Part shown: in pieces, positions 18,618 to 28,315 of the stretch
Layout of the letters: each line of letters starts with the position of its first letter
Numbering within the stretch: the stretch's first letter is position 1
NCBI GenBank assembly: GCA_964503265.1
Contig: CAZCYO010000002.1
Location: forward strand, 194,604 to 258,603
Source of the DNA: an uncultured Gammaproteobacteria bacterium
GTDB taxonomy: Bacteria; Patescibacteriota; Microgenomatia; Levybacterales; UBA12049
Reading direction: 5' to 3'
Length of the DNA stretch: 64,000 bases
The notes under the pieces: generated by a model
Database searches by the model: none
Told to the model about the DNA's origin: nothing
What the model saw: the letters and a program-made list of their open reading frames with translations, nothing else
Translations under genes and position numbers: made by a program

Positions 18618-18680
18618 AGTTATTAGTTATTAGTTATTAGTTATTAGTTATTAGTTATTAGTTATTAGTTATTAGTTAAC
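18618..18680. repeat. Heptanucleotide microsatellite (AGTTATT)8 + AGTTAAC
   Basis: Read directly: agttattagttattagttatt… 8 perfect units then a variant unit. Lies in the 525-nt divergent intergenic region between the CcdA-Trx/msrB operon start (18531) and purF (19057). Confidence 0.95.
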
Positions 18681-19056
18681 TTGCAATTGCTGAGACTGGT
18701 TGATGTGAATAGAACAAAAATTAGCTTACTACCAGCTGATACTTTTTCAAAAAACTAAAAACAGCTCCCAGAGGTAACTGAGAGCTGTAGTGAGAATACG
18801 CTATATCCTCTATTAAGCGGACTTATTATCAAGAAAAAGATAACAGCATCATTGTTCGGTTTATAAACATATCCATATACTTGTTAGATACCCTAAGAGA
18901 AGCAGTATTTCGATCTAGTAGCAATCTCATATAGACACTATACTGCCCCTGACTGAATAATCGCTGAATGCAACAGAGTAATGTTCTAGCCAGTAATAAC
19001 TATTCATACTGATGACTTGCTACAGAATATATTTCGACGTACTATAGTTATGTGAC

Positions 19057-20601
19057 ATGGTAGAAGGATACTCTCCCGCTCCACATTCTTCAGAGTCATA
19101 TGACTCTGATACTCTTCGCGAAATTAAAGATCATTGTGCTGTCGCCGGAATTATCGGCCCTGATATTCAGTATGCAGGAAGATATGCATTTACCATGGCA
19201 AAAGCACTCCAGCACCGCGGACAAGAAAGTTCTGGAATGGTGCTCACAAATGGTGATTGGTTTTATGCTCATAAGAAACTAGGACTGGTAAACGATGTGT
19301 ATCGTGAAGGAGATGAACTCGATGGCATCCCAGCAGATCAAGCGCTCGTTCAGAATAGATATTCGACCTTTTCTCCTGGATCAGCCGAAGACCATATGCA
19401 ACCAGTTCTTGATGAAGATAAGGATTTTACACTGGCTCACAATGGCAATATCGCCAATACAAAAAAACTGGATGACGCACTAACTAACTTCGGCATTTCC
19501 TATGAACATCTGAATGACACTGAGCGAATTCATGCTGTCATGGCACATTTCATCAAACACGGCGCATCACTTGAGGATGCGATGGCTCGAGTTCTGCCAC
19601 TTGCTGATGGTGCAGCGTCACTCATCGCAATGGATCGAAATAAAATGGTCGCTGCGAGGGATGAACATGGGATTCGGCCATTGGCATTTGGGAAACTCGG
19701 GGAAAATGTCGTCTTCGCATCTGAAACACATGCTCTAGATGAAATCGGAGCAGAATATCTCCGTGAGGTCAGACCTGGAGAAATGATCGTCGCAGATAGA
19801 CGTGGAATCGGAAGTGTAAAAGAATATCAAGTCATCACTGACGAATCGAATAATGTCCCCAGAGAGAGGCTAGACATCATGGAGTTCTTTTATTTCGCTC
19901 ATCCTGATAGTCAGCTTTATGGAAGATGTGTACGAGATGTACGAGCAGCACTGGGAAGGCAACTTTTTTCAGAAATGCCCCGTGAAGGAGATCTCGTAAC
20001 TGGAGTTCCCAATTCTGCAATTCCAGCAGCGAGAGCATTTGCAGAAGCTGCGGGTCTCGAATATATCGAGGCAATCACTAAGAATAAGAGAAAGAAAAGT
20101 ACGAATGAGCAAATTCTTCGCACATTCATCTCATCAGACCCACTGGAAGCGGCACGAGAAGCATATAATATAAATGCCGATCTAATTCGAGGAAGAGATC
20201 TCGTCGTCCCAGATGATTCACTGGTGCGAGGAACAACACAACGTGTGTTAAATGAGTTGCTCTGGCAAGCTAAACCAAAAAGTATTCATAATAGAATTGT
20301 CTCTCCCCCTTTTCGCTATGTCGAAGTTCATGGACTGGATGTTCCAGACCAGAGACCACTTATCGCGTATGGGAACTCAGTCGAATCAATTCGAGAGATG
20401 GTCGGTGCGACCTCACTCGGATTTCTCTCGATAGAGGGATCAGTTAACGCAATCGGGAGAACACTGGCAGACTTTTCAACTGGCCCATTTACCGGTGAGT
20501 ATCCCACAGATATCGGTGAGGAGAAAAGACGTAACATAGATTTTAATCATTATTACTTTTATAACGATCTGTATGCCGGACCACAAAAGCGTCGTCGATA
20601 A
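19057..20601 (+). CDS. purF: Amidophosphoribosyltransferase (glutamine PRPP amidotransferase)
   Basis: Ntn class-II glutamine amidotransferase with propeptide then catalytic Cys (…DHCAVAGIIG…). C-terminal type-I PRTase motif VVPDDSLVRGTT. 514 aa. Confidence 0.85.
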   Translation: MVEGYSPAPHSSESYDSDTLREIKDHCAVAGIIGPDIQYAGRYAFTMAKALQHRGQESSGMVLTNGDWFYAHKKLGLVNDVYREGDELDGIPADQALVQNRYSTFSPGSAEDHMQPVLDEDKDFTLAHNGNIANTKKLDDALTNFGISYEHLNDTERIHAVMAHFIKHGASLEDAMARVLPLADGAASLIAMDRNKMVAARDEHGIRPLAFGKLGENVVFASETHALDEIGAEYLREVRPGEMIVADRRGIGSVKEYQVITDESNNVPRERLDIMEFFYFAHPDSQLYGRCVRDVRAALGRQLFSEMPREGDLVTGVPNSAIPAARAFAEAAGLEYIEAITKNKRKKSTNEQILRTFISSDPLEAAREAYNINADLIRGRDLVVPDDSLVRGTTQRVLNELLWQAKPKSIHNRIVSPPFRYVEVHGLDVPDQRPLIAYGNSVESIREMVGATSLGFLSIEGSVNAIGRTLADFSTGPFTGEYPTDIGEEKRRNIDFNHYYFYNDLYAGPQKRRR

Positions 20602-20605
20602 GTAA

Positions 20606-21619
20606 TCAATCTGAATTCTGGTTTTGAATGTTTCTCACCTTTTCTTCAATCTCTGCAAACATCTTTCTTCCCTCTAAAAATCGTGCTTGATCGCGATTTG
20701 CAGTCGCTGGAACTGTCATAGATTCACGAAGTTGGGCGTCAAGGAGATTATATTCGTTCATGAGTTTAGCTTTTTGAGGACTTCCCATGATCGCTTGGTA
20801 TGAATCAAGAGACGTATAGCCCTCATCGAGTCTGTGTCTGGAATTTAAGCGCTGAATAGCAAGTGTCTCGTACCGTTCTTCATTCCAGTCCTGAATCCCT
20901 AATATATCAGTATCTGAATGTCCCCCGTCATACCAAGGAGGAATGCGAGAATAGACAACGCTCGTGGTAATTTCAGAATCAGGAAACGCAGTAGCAAATG
21001 TCTCCTGCATCGACTTTATCGTCTCACCCGATTGACTAAAGTCATCAATGCACAGAATACGTTTATAAGGAACAGCGAAATACTGATCTGAAGTCTCGTC
21101 TTTTACTTTTCTCACGTAGGTTCGGCGTACTTGCTCTGCATCCTGAGTGGCAACTTCCGATTTTTCAATCGTAAAAGAAGATATGTCACTTGGATCACCT
21201 CCATCACTTCCAAAAGAACCTCGCTGTTTCGTTCCGATATCGATATAACGAACAACAGGTCGCACAGCATCTGGATAGTAATCATTCCACAGATCCTTAA
21301 ACATAAGACCGATGGGTAGCCCGGCTTTCAGCGCCACTATAAGGACTTCTGGGGCTGTGCCATTCTCAATTGCAGGGCGAAAAGATTCCATAAATGCGTG
21401 TGTTTCTTCTGCTGTCTCATCAATACTCAGCGGTAGTTCTCTTTTACGAAACTCAACTAATCCAGATAAATTTGTCGTTCCAACTATCCCAACACGCGTA
21501 GCAGGGTCAAACAGACTTGCTCTCATGCCTTCCTTTCTCGCCTGCCGCCGCTCATTTTTCGCAGCAGCCTTCTGTTCTTTTTTAGACATCGCATCGTGTC
21601 CCGATACTTGTTCAGACAT
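20606..21619 (-). CDS. PRTase-domain protein of unknown specificity
   Basis: 337 aa; …YKRILCIDDFSQSGETIKSMQ… matches the PRPP-binding hhhhDDhhxSGxT motif; remainder unassigned. Confidence 0.5.
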   Translation of the reverse strand: MSEQVSGHDAMSKKEQKAAAKNERRQARKEGMRASLFDPATRVGIVGTTNLSGLVEFRKRELPLSIDETAEETHAFMESFRPAIENGTAPEVLIVALKAGLPIGLMFKDLWNDYYPDAVRPVVRYIDIGTKQRGSFGSDGGDPSDISSFTIEKSEVATQDAEQVRRTYVRKVKDETSDQYFAVPYKRILCIDDFSQSGETIKSMQETFATAFPDSEITTSVVYSRIPPWYDGGHSDTDILGIQDWNEERYETLAIQRLNSRHRLDEGYTSLDSYQAIMGSPQKAKLMNEYNLLDAQLRESMTVPATANRDQARFLEGRKMFAEIEEKVRNIQNQNSD

Positions 21620-21699
21620 ATATGTATGGTATGAGACAGACAGATGATTTGCAATATTAATTTATAAACCTGTCTTGACAGGTACTGTATACTAGAAGT

Positions 21700-22092
21700 A
21701 TGAATAAGCTCACTTTTGATGAGACACGAGTGATTGTCGGGAAAGGGACTGAGGAGCCGTTTACGGGTGAGTATGATAATTTTTATAAAGACGGGACATA
21801 TATTTGTCGGCGATGTAATAATCCCCTCTACTCTGCGAAAACGAAATTTGATGCGCACTGTGGATGGCCAGCATTTGATGATCATTTCGAAGGTGCGGTA
21901 AAGAGAAATCCTGATCCCGATGGCAGACGAGTTGAGATAGTATGCGCCAACTGTGATGCACATTTGGGGCATGTATTTACCGGTGAACAATTGACAGAGA
22001 CGAATACGAGGCACTGTGTGAATTCACTTTCGATCAAATTCATTCCTGAAGGGACAGAGCTGCCGGAGGTGTTAGACAAAGAGGAGGAATAG
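21700..22092 (+). CDS. msrB: Peptide-methionine (R)-S-oxide reductase MsrB, cytoplasmic zinc-containing form
   Basis: 130 aa; two CxxC pairs (CRRC…, CANC…) plus HLGHVF and RHCVNS catalytic motifs. Confidence 0.9.
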   Translation: MNKLTFDETRVIVGKGTEEPFTGEYDNFYKDGTYICRRCNNPLYSAKTKFDAHCGWPAFDDHFEGAVKRNPDPDGRRVEIVCANCDAHLGHVFTGEQLTETNTRHCVNSLSIKFIPEGTELPEVLDKEEE

Positions 22093-22093
22093 T

Positions 22094-22166
22094 TGTCATC
22101 CTGGAATGGCAAAGACCATGATAGGATCTCACTTATTGTCATTCCGGACTTGATCCGGAATCCAGG
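22094..22166. repeat. Nested family palindromes between msrB and msrA
   Basis: Outer tgtcatcctgga…tccagg with inner tgtcattccggacttgatccggaat. Confidence 0.7.
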
Positions 22167-22237
22167 CTCCTACTGTTACTGAAATAAAAGCAACTGGATC
22201 CTGAATCGAGTTCGTGGCCGCAGGCTCCCTTCGGGAG

Positions 22238-22813
22238 ATGACTTATATTATGAATAACAATACTACTACTGAAATTGCAACATTGGCTGGAGGATGTTTC
22301 TGGTGTACGGAGGCGATATTTAAACGACTTAAGGGAGTGATGTCTGTTCTTCCTGGGTATGCTGGTGGGCATGTGGAGAATCCAAGCTATGCTGAAGTTT
22401 CGGAAGGAACGACGGGACATGCTGAGGCGATCCAGATCGAGTTCGACCCGACTGAAATTCCTTTTGAGAAGATCCTTGATATTTTCTGGCATACGCATAA
22501 CCCGACGACGATCAACCAGCAAGGAAATGATGTCGGACCACAGTATCGATCGGTCATTTTCTATCACGATGAGCAACAAAAAGAAATAGCTGAGAAATCA
22601 AAAGAAGAACTTGAAAAAGATAATCCCTATCATGCGCCGATCGTGACAGAAATTACTGAGTTTACGAATTTTTATGAAGCTGAGGATTATCATAAAAATT
22701 ATTTCGACCGCAACCAAAACCAAGCCTACTGCAACTTCGTCATCGATCCAAAGATTCACAAGTTATTAACGATGTATAAAAAAGATGTGAAGGATGAATA
22801 TATAGAGGAATAA
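22238..22813 (+). CDS. msrA: Peptide-methionine (S)-S-oxide reductase MsrA
   Basis: ORF 22214..22813. GGCFWCTEA active-site motif at the N-terminus. Start at ATG 22238 or 22250 (RBS gggag 22233-22237). Confidence 0.9.
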   Translation: MTYIMNNNTTTEIATLAGGCFWCTEAIFKRLKGVMSVLPGYAGGHVENPSYAEVSEGTTGHAEAIQIEFDPTEIPFEKILDIFWHTHNPTTINQQGNDVGPQYRSVIFYHDEQQKEIAEKSKEELEKDNPYHAPIVTEITEFTNFYEAEDYHKNYFDRNQNQAYCNFVIDPKIHKLLTMYKKDVKDEYIEE

Positions 22814-22822
22814 TATACTCTG

Positions 22823-22863
22823 TGTCATTCTGGAAAACAGATCCTGGACAAGCCAGGATGACA
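22823..22863. repeat. Nested family palindrome after msrA stop
   Basis: tgtcattctgg aaaacag atcctggacaagccaggat gaca. Confidence 0.8.
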
Positions 22864-22922
22864 ACTAATTTTTTTACCGTAAATCCAGGGTGTCGACTTT
22901 TAAAGAAACAAGTTGTGAAATT

Positions 22923-23306
22923 CTATACTGTATTAACGAGTGAGAGAAGTGCATCGGTGTTAAACGGTTTAGGTAAAAATGCGTTCGCACCACACTGAAT
23001 CACTGTTTCTTTCGCAGATGGGTGAGCTGAAATCATGATGACTGGAATTTGTTTTGTATCGTCTTGTTTTTTAAGTTGTGTACAAATCGTTCGTCCGTCT
23101 ATTCCTGACATGAGTACATCAAGAATAATTACATCTGGACTAAATTCTGCAATTTTCGAGTATGTTTCGTCGCCTTTCAAACTTGTCGCGACAGTAAAAC
23201 TTGCATCTTCTAAAATAAAAGAAATTGCTTCTAAAATACTTTCATCATCATCGATAACAAGAACTTTTTTTCTCATATTCATTTTAGTGTAGTTCGGCGT
23301 AATCAA
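22923..23306 (-). CDS. Stand-alone response-regulator receiver (CheY-like) protein
   Basis: 127 aa; KVLVIDDDESILEAI…VIILDVLMSGIDG…KPF; receiver domain only, no output domain. Confidence 0.85.
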   Translation of the reverse strand: MITPNYTKMNMRKKVLVIDDDESILEAISFILEDASFTVATSLKGDETYSKIAEFSPDVIILDVLMSGIDGRTICTQLKKQDDTKQIPVIMISAHPSAKETVIQCGANAFLPKPFNTDALLSLVNTV

Positions 23307-23356
23307 ATTGTCTATGGATTGGATGTATGATTCTCGTAAGCATGGCGGTGAGGATG

Positions 23357-24844
23357 TTATCTTTTCTCGACAGGGAGAGAGAAAAAGAAGGTTGAGCCAC
23401 TTCCCTTTTCACTTTCGACCCAAATTTTCCCGTGATGACGTCTGATAATTTCTTTAGAAATGTAGAGTCCCATGCCAAAACCTGGAAATGTTTTTTCTTT
23501 ATCGTCAGCGACTTGGTACAATCTATCGAAAATCTTATTCTGTTGTTCTTTCGCAATCCCAATCCCATGATCTGCCACGCTGACAATAACTTCGTCTTTA
23601 TGTTTCGTTAAACGAATTGTTATCGCACCCGTCCCGACAGAATATTTGATCGCATTAGTAATCAAGTTTGTTACTACTTGATAGATTCTGAATCTATCTG
23701 CCTTCACGTCTGTCGGTACTGTTTTGACAAGCACCAGTCTATTTCCAGCTGACGCTTGGAGCTCGTCTACTGTCTCACTGAGTAGTTCGTCAAAGCGAAA
23801 TTTTTCCATTGAAAACGTTAACTTTCCTGTTTGAATTCGTGAAACATCAAGTAAATCATTGACCAGTTCTTGTAAGCGCTCAGTTTGGGTTTTGATACGT
23901 GTGACAATCGTAGTAACTCGAGCATCCTTCATGGATGCTGTTCGTAGCTGTAAAGAATCTATGTAGAGTTTCATACTCGTTATTGGAGTTTTAAGTTCAT
24001 GTGATGCCATATTTACGAAATCATCTTTGCGTTTTTCGAGTTCTTTTTGGGCGGTGATATCTGTGATGATCGAAGCTGCAGCGACGATCTCTCCTCGCCT
24101 GTTTTGAATAGGTGTCGCATTAACCGTAACATATATTTTTTTCTTATCTTTTCGTTCAATCGTGAACTCTTTACGAAGCACAGGCTTGCCACTTGTTACT
24201 GCTTGAAAGACTGGAGATTGAGATGGAGAAACAACTTTCTCATCGATAGTACTTTTTATGTCATACTGCTGTCTCCCCATTAAAAATCCGATCGGAATTT
24301 TCGATCCAATGATCTCCTCAAGTCTTTTATTTGCCTGTACTACTTTCCCCTCATTATCTGTGATAATCACACCCACAGGCAGCTGCTGAATGATGGCTTC
24401 AAGGCGGCGGCGACCATTTGACTCGCGCTCAATTAATCCGTCAATCGTCTGTTTTAGCCATCCGATGATCAGTGCTAAGAAAAAATAAATCGCACTTAAG
24501 ATAACAGTCGTATCGATCCCACTCGCAAGCTGATTTCCTTCGTACTTCCGGCTGTAAATAATATAAAAATAATATGCAATCGTAATCGCGACTGTCACAA
24601 ATCCACCGAGTATTCCTGCACGAAATGCAAAATACATAATCTGTGGAATAAAAAAGAAAATTGCAGCCAGTCCAATACTATTTGGGTCATGTGCGACTGA
24701 ATAGGAGTACCACTCAAGCAGAACAATCGTTATCCCAGGTAAAAGAACTGCAAACCAATATGGATAGCGTTTATCCCCTAAGTGAGCGATAGGGTTAAGA
24801 AAAATATATACTTTTTTTATCATGGGTAATGGGCATTTTAACAC
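23357..24844 (-). CDS. Sensor histidine kinase (N-terminal multi-TM sensor, PAS-like, HisKA, HATPase_c)
   Basis: MASHELKTPITSM (H-box) and …VADHGIGIAKEQQNKIFDRLYQV…GFGMGLYISKEI (N/G boxes). Possible start M8 at 24823. Confidence 0.85.
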   Translation of the reverse strand: MLKCPLPMIKKVYIFLNPIAHLGDKRYPYWFAVLLPGITIVLLEWYSYSVAHDPNSIGLAAIFFFIPQIMYFAFRAGILGGFVTVAITIAYYFYIIYSRKYEGNQLASGIDTTVILSAIYFFLALIIGWLKQTIDGLIERESNGRRRLEAIIQQLPVGVIITDNEGKVVQANKRLEEIIGSKIPIGFLMGRQQYDIKSTIDEKVVSPSQSPVFQAVTSGKPVLRKEFTIERKDKKKIYVTVNATPIQNRRGEIVAAASIITDITAQKELEKRKDDFVNMASHELKTPITSMKLYIDSLQLRTASMKDARVTTIVTRIKTQTERLQELVNDLLDVSRIQTGKLTFSMEKFRFDELLSETVDELQASAGNRLVLVKTVPTDVKADRFRIYQVVTNLITNAIKYSVGTGAITIRLTKHKDEVIVSVADHGIGIAKEQQNKIFDRLYQVADDKEKTFPGFGMGLYISKEIIRRHHGKIWVESEKGSGSTFFFSLPVEKR

Positions 24845-25065
24845 AGAATAATTAACTACTAGTAAGAGTAGTTATCAAAGTATCCCTGTTGGAAGAAAGA
24901 AAATAAAAAGAACATCATCCTATAGCTTTAATTTCTCTCTCTGAACAGGTATAATGCATTCACATTTTCAACTCTTAAGCATTCGCGCTTTTATGAGTTA
25001 AAAACGTATTATAATTTTCGCACATTTACAAAATTCTCCGATGTAATCGGAGTTAGTTACGAAGA

Positions 25066-25133
25066 TCTCCATCCCTGGTGGCATAGTGTGTATTACGCTT
25101 AGTACACAGTGTGCCACCCAAGAGGGATGGAAC
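25066..25133 (+). promoter_or_regulatory. Long imperfect inverted repeat in the leader of GC-rich ORF 25155..25603
   Basis: ccatccctggtggcatagtgtgtattacgcttagtacacagtgtgccacccaagagggatgg: outer arms ccatccct/agggatgg and ggtggca/tgccacc plus imperfect inner arms; ends 10 nt before the RBS aaggagg. Confidence 0.4.
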
Positions 25134-25154
25134 GAAGAAGAAAGGAGGCCATAG

Positions 25155-25603
25155 TGAAAATGCCGAACGGCTACGAAGCGTTTCTCGCTGTCATGGAAGT
25201 CTTAATCGCATTCAATCATGAATTGAGGCGACGGAACATTCCGCCAGAGAACACTCTTCCACATCTTAATCCACGTGGATCGCAGAATGAATCAGGGATA
25301 CTCCTTGAGGTGCTTGATGACGGTAACACCGTTCTCATAACCGAGTGGGGATCTGTACGCATTCTTGAACACCCGGAACTCACACTGACTCAGAAAATCC
25401 AGATACGTGAGATCGTGATGAATCGTCTTGGTGCGAATCCGCATCACACAGATGACTCATCTCGAGCAGCTCTCTACCGTCTCTCCCAACTGGAAGACGG
25501 CAGGCCTCTGCCACAATACCTGAAACGGTACGAGAAGCGTAACCCATCAGTCCTGAGCGAGGAATGGGAACGGCTTCTCACGTTCTACTTATTACTACCA
25601 TAA
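25155..25603 (+). CDS. Hypothetical protein (GC-rich), ~149 aa
   Basis: ORF 25109..25603; RBS aaggagg at 25143-25149 precedes GTG 25155 / ATG 25160. The first ~45 nt of the long ORF overlap a long inverted repeat and are unlikely to be coding. Confidence 0.5.
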
Positions 25604-25663
25604 GGAAACCTACTACGTGAGCATGCGCTCACGTATCGTGTTCCATATACAGGAGAACGTAAC

Positions 25664-26074
25664 ATGACTGGCGGACAGATCACGCCCCCTCATCGTCCGG
25701 ATGTTCACATCGTTGGCCCGAATAACACGATACTGCAAGTAGTTCGGCCTCTCCGTCCCGTCACGGGTCAGGAGATCATGAACGCTCTACGCAGTATCCG
25801 GATGCAGGGCACACGCTACATCGCACGGCAAGTCTCCCCGCGAAACGGCATACCGTATTTTCAGATCGGCCGCCAAGGTGAACAGGTGCAGCAGCACTGC
25901 ATCGTTCGGGCCGGAGAAGATTTCACCGAAACCGCAATCGCCGCGACTGAAACATACACGACGTTCGCCCTGGGCGAACACGTCTGGGGTAACACCCAGG
26001 TCCGCAAGCGGGATGCCTATCGAGGGTGGATTAGCGCCACCTGCGAACAGTTGTATCTCCATCTTCCGAAGTAG
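25664..26074 (+). CDS. Hypothetical protein (GC-rich), 136 aa
   Basis: RBS caggag upstream; no recognisable domain. Confidence 0.5.
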   Translation: MTGGQITPPHRPDVHIVGPNNTILQVVRPLRPVTGQEIMNALRSIRMQGTRYIARQVSPRNGIPYFQIGRQGEQVQQHCIVRAGEDFTETAIAATETYTTFALGEHVWGNTQVRKRDAYRGWISATCEQLYLHLPK

Positions 26075-26102
26075 GAAGACGAGACTAAAAAGGAGTAACG
26101 TC

Positions 26103-26480
26103 ATGCCTGGAGTTCAAATCCGCACGAATACATCACAGTACCAGGAGCTGAGTGAGCGAGAACGACTCGATATAGCCACTGACATCTGTGGCACGATTGT
26201 AGGCGAACTCGATCTCTTGGAGGAGAGCGAAAGTGTAGCCGTATCCTGGACAGCCCCTTTTGAGGGAGCCAGTTCGATGAACGAAGTCGACTTCACTGTC
26301 GAAATTGAGTTCTCGAAACGCTACAAAAAGAAGCACATCAAGAGCCTAGCTCGTACAGTCGCTCAAGAGCTCAGCCGCTACACCTGTGTTCCAGCTGGAT
26401 CGTCGATCGGAGTCTGGATCAAGACTCCCTACCGGTACTACTGGTATCAAACCCAGAAATCTACCGAGGACCCTTCGTAA
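26103..26480 (+). CDS. Hypothetical protein (GC-rich), paralog of 33319..33708
   Basis: RBS aaaaggag then ATG 26103 (MPGVQIRTNT…). Shares the block …VAVSWTAPFEGASSMNEVDFTVEIEF… with …VLVSWASPFDEESSHNMPSFYITVKLVVEI… of the 33319 gene. Confidence 0.55.
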   Translation: MPGVQIRTNTSQYQELSERERLDIATDICGTIVGELDLLEESESVAVSWTAPFEGASSMNEVDFTVEIEFSKRYKKKHIKSLARTVAQELSRYTCVPAGSSIGVWIKTPYRYYWYQTQKSTEDPS

Positions 26481-26595
26481 CAACTGACACGTGCGAAATC
26501 GGCACTGTGTGCTTCATGAAATTGAGAGTAAATCTCTTCTTCATGAGGTCACAGTGCCTTTTTTGTGGTAAAAAAATGTATTCCTAAGGTCAATT

Positions 26596-26619
26596 TGTCA
26601 TTCTCACGAAAGTGAGAAT
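26596..26619. repeat. Family palindrome
   Basis: tgtcattctcacgaaagtgagaat. Confidence 0.75.
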
Positions 26620-26687
26620 CTATTAGACTATTCCTATGACAATTACTTATATGAGAGTCTGTTATATGTTAAGGAATTCTCTAAGAG

Positions 26688-26714
26688 ATTCTCAGTCAAG
26701 CTGAGAATGACAAT
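26688..26714. repeat. Family palindrome
   Basis: attctcagtcaagctgagaatgacaat. Confidence 0.75.
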
Positions 26715-26739
26715 AGTGAATATCTAATCCTTCTTTTTC

Positions 26740-28173
26740 TCAAAAATTCCCCCAGAGTACCTGATTTGTGACTTCGTGATGATAGAGAATTTCTGATGAT
26801 TTAATCACTGTCCCAAGCTCTCTGGGTGATCTATCGGCGGCTGCTTGCTTATAGGCAGCATATTTTTCTTTATTCTGAGAACCGAGTAGCTTCTCGATGA
26901 AGTCACTGGATTTAAATAATTTAATGGCATCATACAGCGTCCCTGGAAGAAACCTGATGCGATCTCGTTTTTCTTCATTTTTCGTCAGTGGAGTTCCCTC
27001 GATGCCAGTTTTTAAAATCGTATACATCACGAGGTATGGATTCGCATCTGGAGCGACCGATCTGACTTCGATTCTGGCACTTCGTTCATTTGCGACCGGA
27101 ATTCTGATCATCGAACCACGGTCAATCGCTGAGACTTTAATTTGATTCGGCGCCTCAAAGTGTGGATCGAGTCGACGATACGCATTTACACTACTATTAA
27201 GAATGAGACAAATTTCAGGCGCGTGATTAAGCAGTCGTGTAATCATATCCCAGGCGGATTTAGAGAGGCCATCCTGCCCTTTCGCGTCATAAAACATATT
27301 TTTGCCGTTTTTTGAAAGTGAAACATTCGTGTGCATGCCAGAACCGTTAATACCGCTCACTGGTTTGGGCAGAAATGTCGCTGTCATACCCATGGAGTTC
27401 GCGACTTGGCGACAGACGAGTTTATACAGCTGAATTTTATCGGCTGCACGCTTCATATCTGCATAAGTGAAGTTCATCTCGAACTGTGAGGGCGCGACCT
27501 CTGGGTGATCTTTTTCATTACCAAACCCCATGGCACGCTGCGCTTCGGCCGAGGCATCGATAAAGCGGCGAAGTTTATCTAGTGGAAGTGAATGATAGTA
27601 GCCACCCGTCGAGATCAGTTCAAATCCCTTCCCCTCTGTAAAGATCTGCTCCGCATTCACTCCGTCGACTAAAAATCCCTCAATTTCAGCCGAAGCATAC
27701 GCTGTAATACCTGACTTCTTTTTCAACGCTGCTGAATACTCCATGAGTTGACCTCGAAAATCTGACATATAGGCTGTGCGGTCACGATTTAGCACGTTCG
27801 CAAAAAGAATGACTTTTCCGGGTCCGAAGATATCTGAAGGGAGCCAGTAAATACTCGTCCAGTCTAGATCAAGACGAAGATCTGATTCTGACTGCTGGGT
27901 AAAGCCACGAATCGATGAACCGTCAAAGGTCAGATTTTCGAGGTTATCGAGGAGAAATTTCTTATCATAATCAAGCATGTGAAACCTGCCTTCGATATCT
28001 GTGAAGCACACAGTGACCGCTTTAATACGCTTTTCCAAAATGAGGTAATCAGTATATTCTTTCTGAAGTTGTATTGGATCTTCCGTCTCTGCCCGCAGTC
28101 GAGCCTTTGTGTTCATTATTTCGAGTGTATCGTACGGAATTTCCAGGAATGTTTTTAATTTATTTTCTTCCAT
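26740..28173 (-). CDS. glnA: Glutamine synthetase family protein (GlnA-like, ~477 aa)
   Basis: GS catalytic-domain blocks (…SGMHTNVSLSKNGKNMFYD…, …FGPGKVILFANV…, …RIPVANERSARIEVRSVAPDANPYL…). Confidence 0.75.
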   Translation of the reverse strand: MEENKLKTFLEIPYDTLEIMNTKARLRAETEDPIQLQKEYTDYLILEKRIKAVTVCFTDIEGRFHMLDYDKKFLLDNLENLTFDGSSIRGFTQQSESDLRLDLDWTSIYWLPSDIFGPGKVILFANVLNRDRTAYMSDFRGQLMEYSAALKKKSGITAYASAEIEGFLVDGVNAEQIFTEGKGFELISTGGYYHSLPLDKLRRFIDASAEAQRAMGFGNEKDHPEVAPSQFEMNFTYADMKRAADKIQLYKLVCRQVANSMGMTATFLPKPVSGINGSGMHTNVSLSKNGKNMFYDAKGQDGLSKSAWDMITRLLNHAPEICLILNSSVNAYRRLDPHFEAPNQIKVSAIDRGSMIRIPVANERSARIEVRSVAPDANPYLVMYTILKTGIEGTPLTKNEEKRDRIRFLPGTLYDAIKLFKSSDFIEKLLGSQNKEKYAAYKQAAADRSPRELGTVIKSSEILYHHEVTNQVLWGNF

Positions 28174-28315
28174 ATTTATATTAATTTAATAATTATTTAA
28201 TATAAAAATAATATAAATTAATTTATACATTGTTGCAATAGATCAAACTGGAGCAAGATTGGGGATGGTTGAGAAATACATTCTCAACCATCCCCGAGAA
28301 AGATACAAATGAATG

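Noticed and set aside
18618-18680. Possible CRISPR array
   Set aside because: It is a simple 7-nt microsatellite without spacers; no cas genes in the window. No other spaced direct repeats found.
24845-25108. tRNA or other RNA gene in larger intergenic regions (also 18700-19056, 28754-29098, 59241-59574)
   Set aside because: Scanned by eye for acceptor/T-arm (GTTCRANYC) signatures and cloverleaf pairing; none found. A proper tRNAscan/Infernal run is still advisable.
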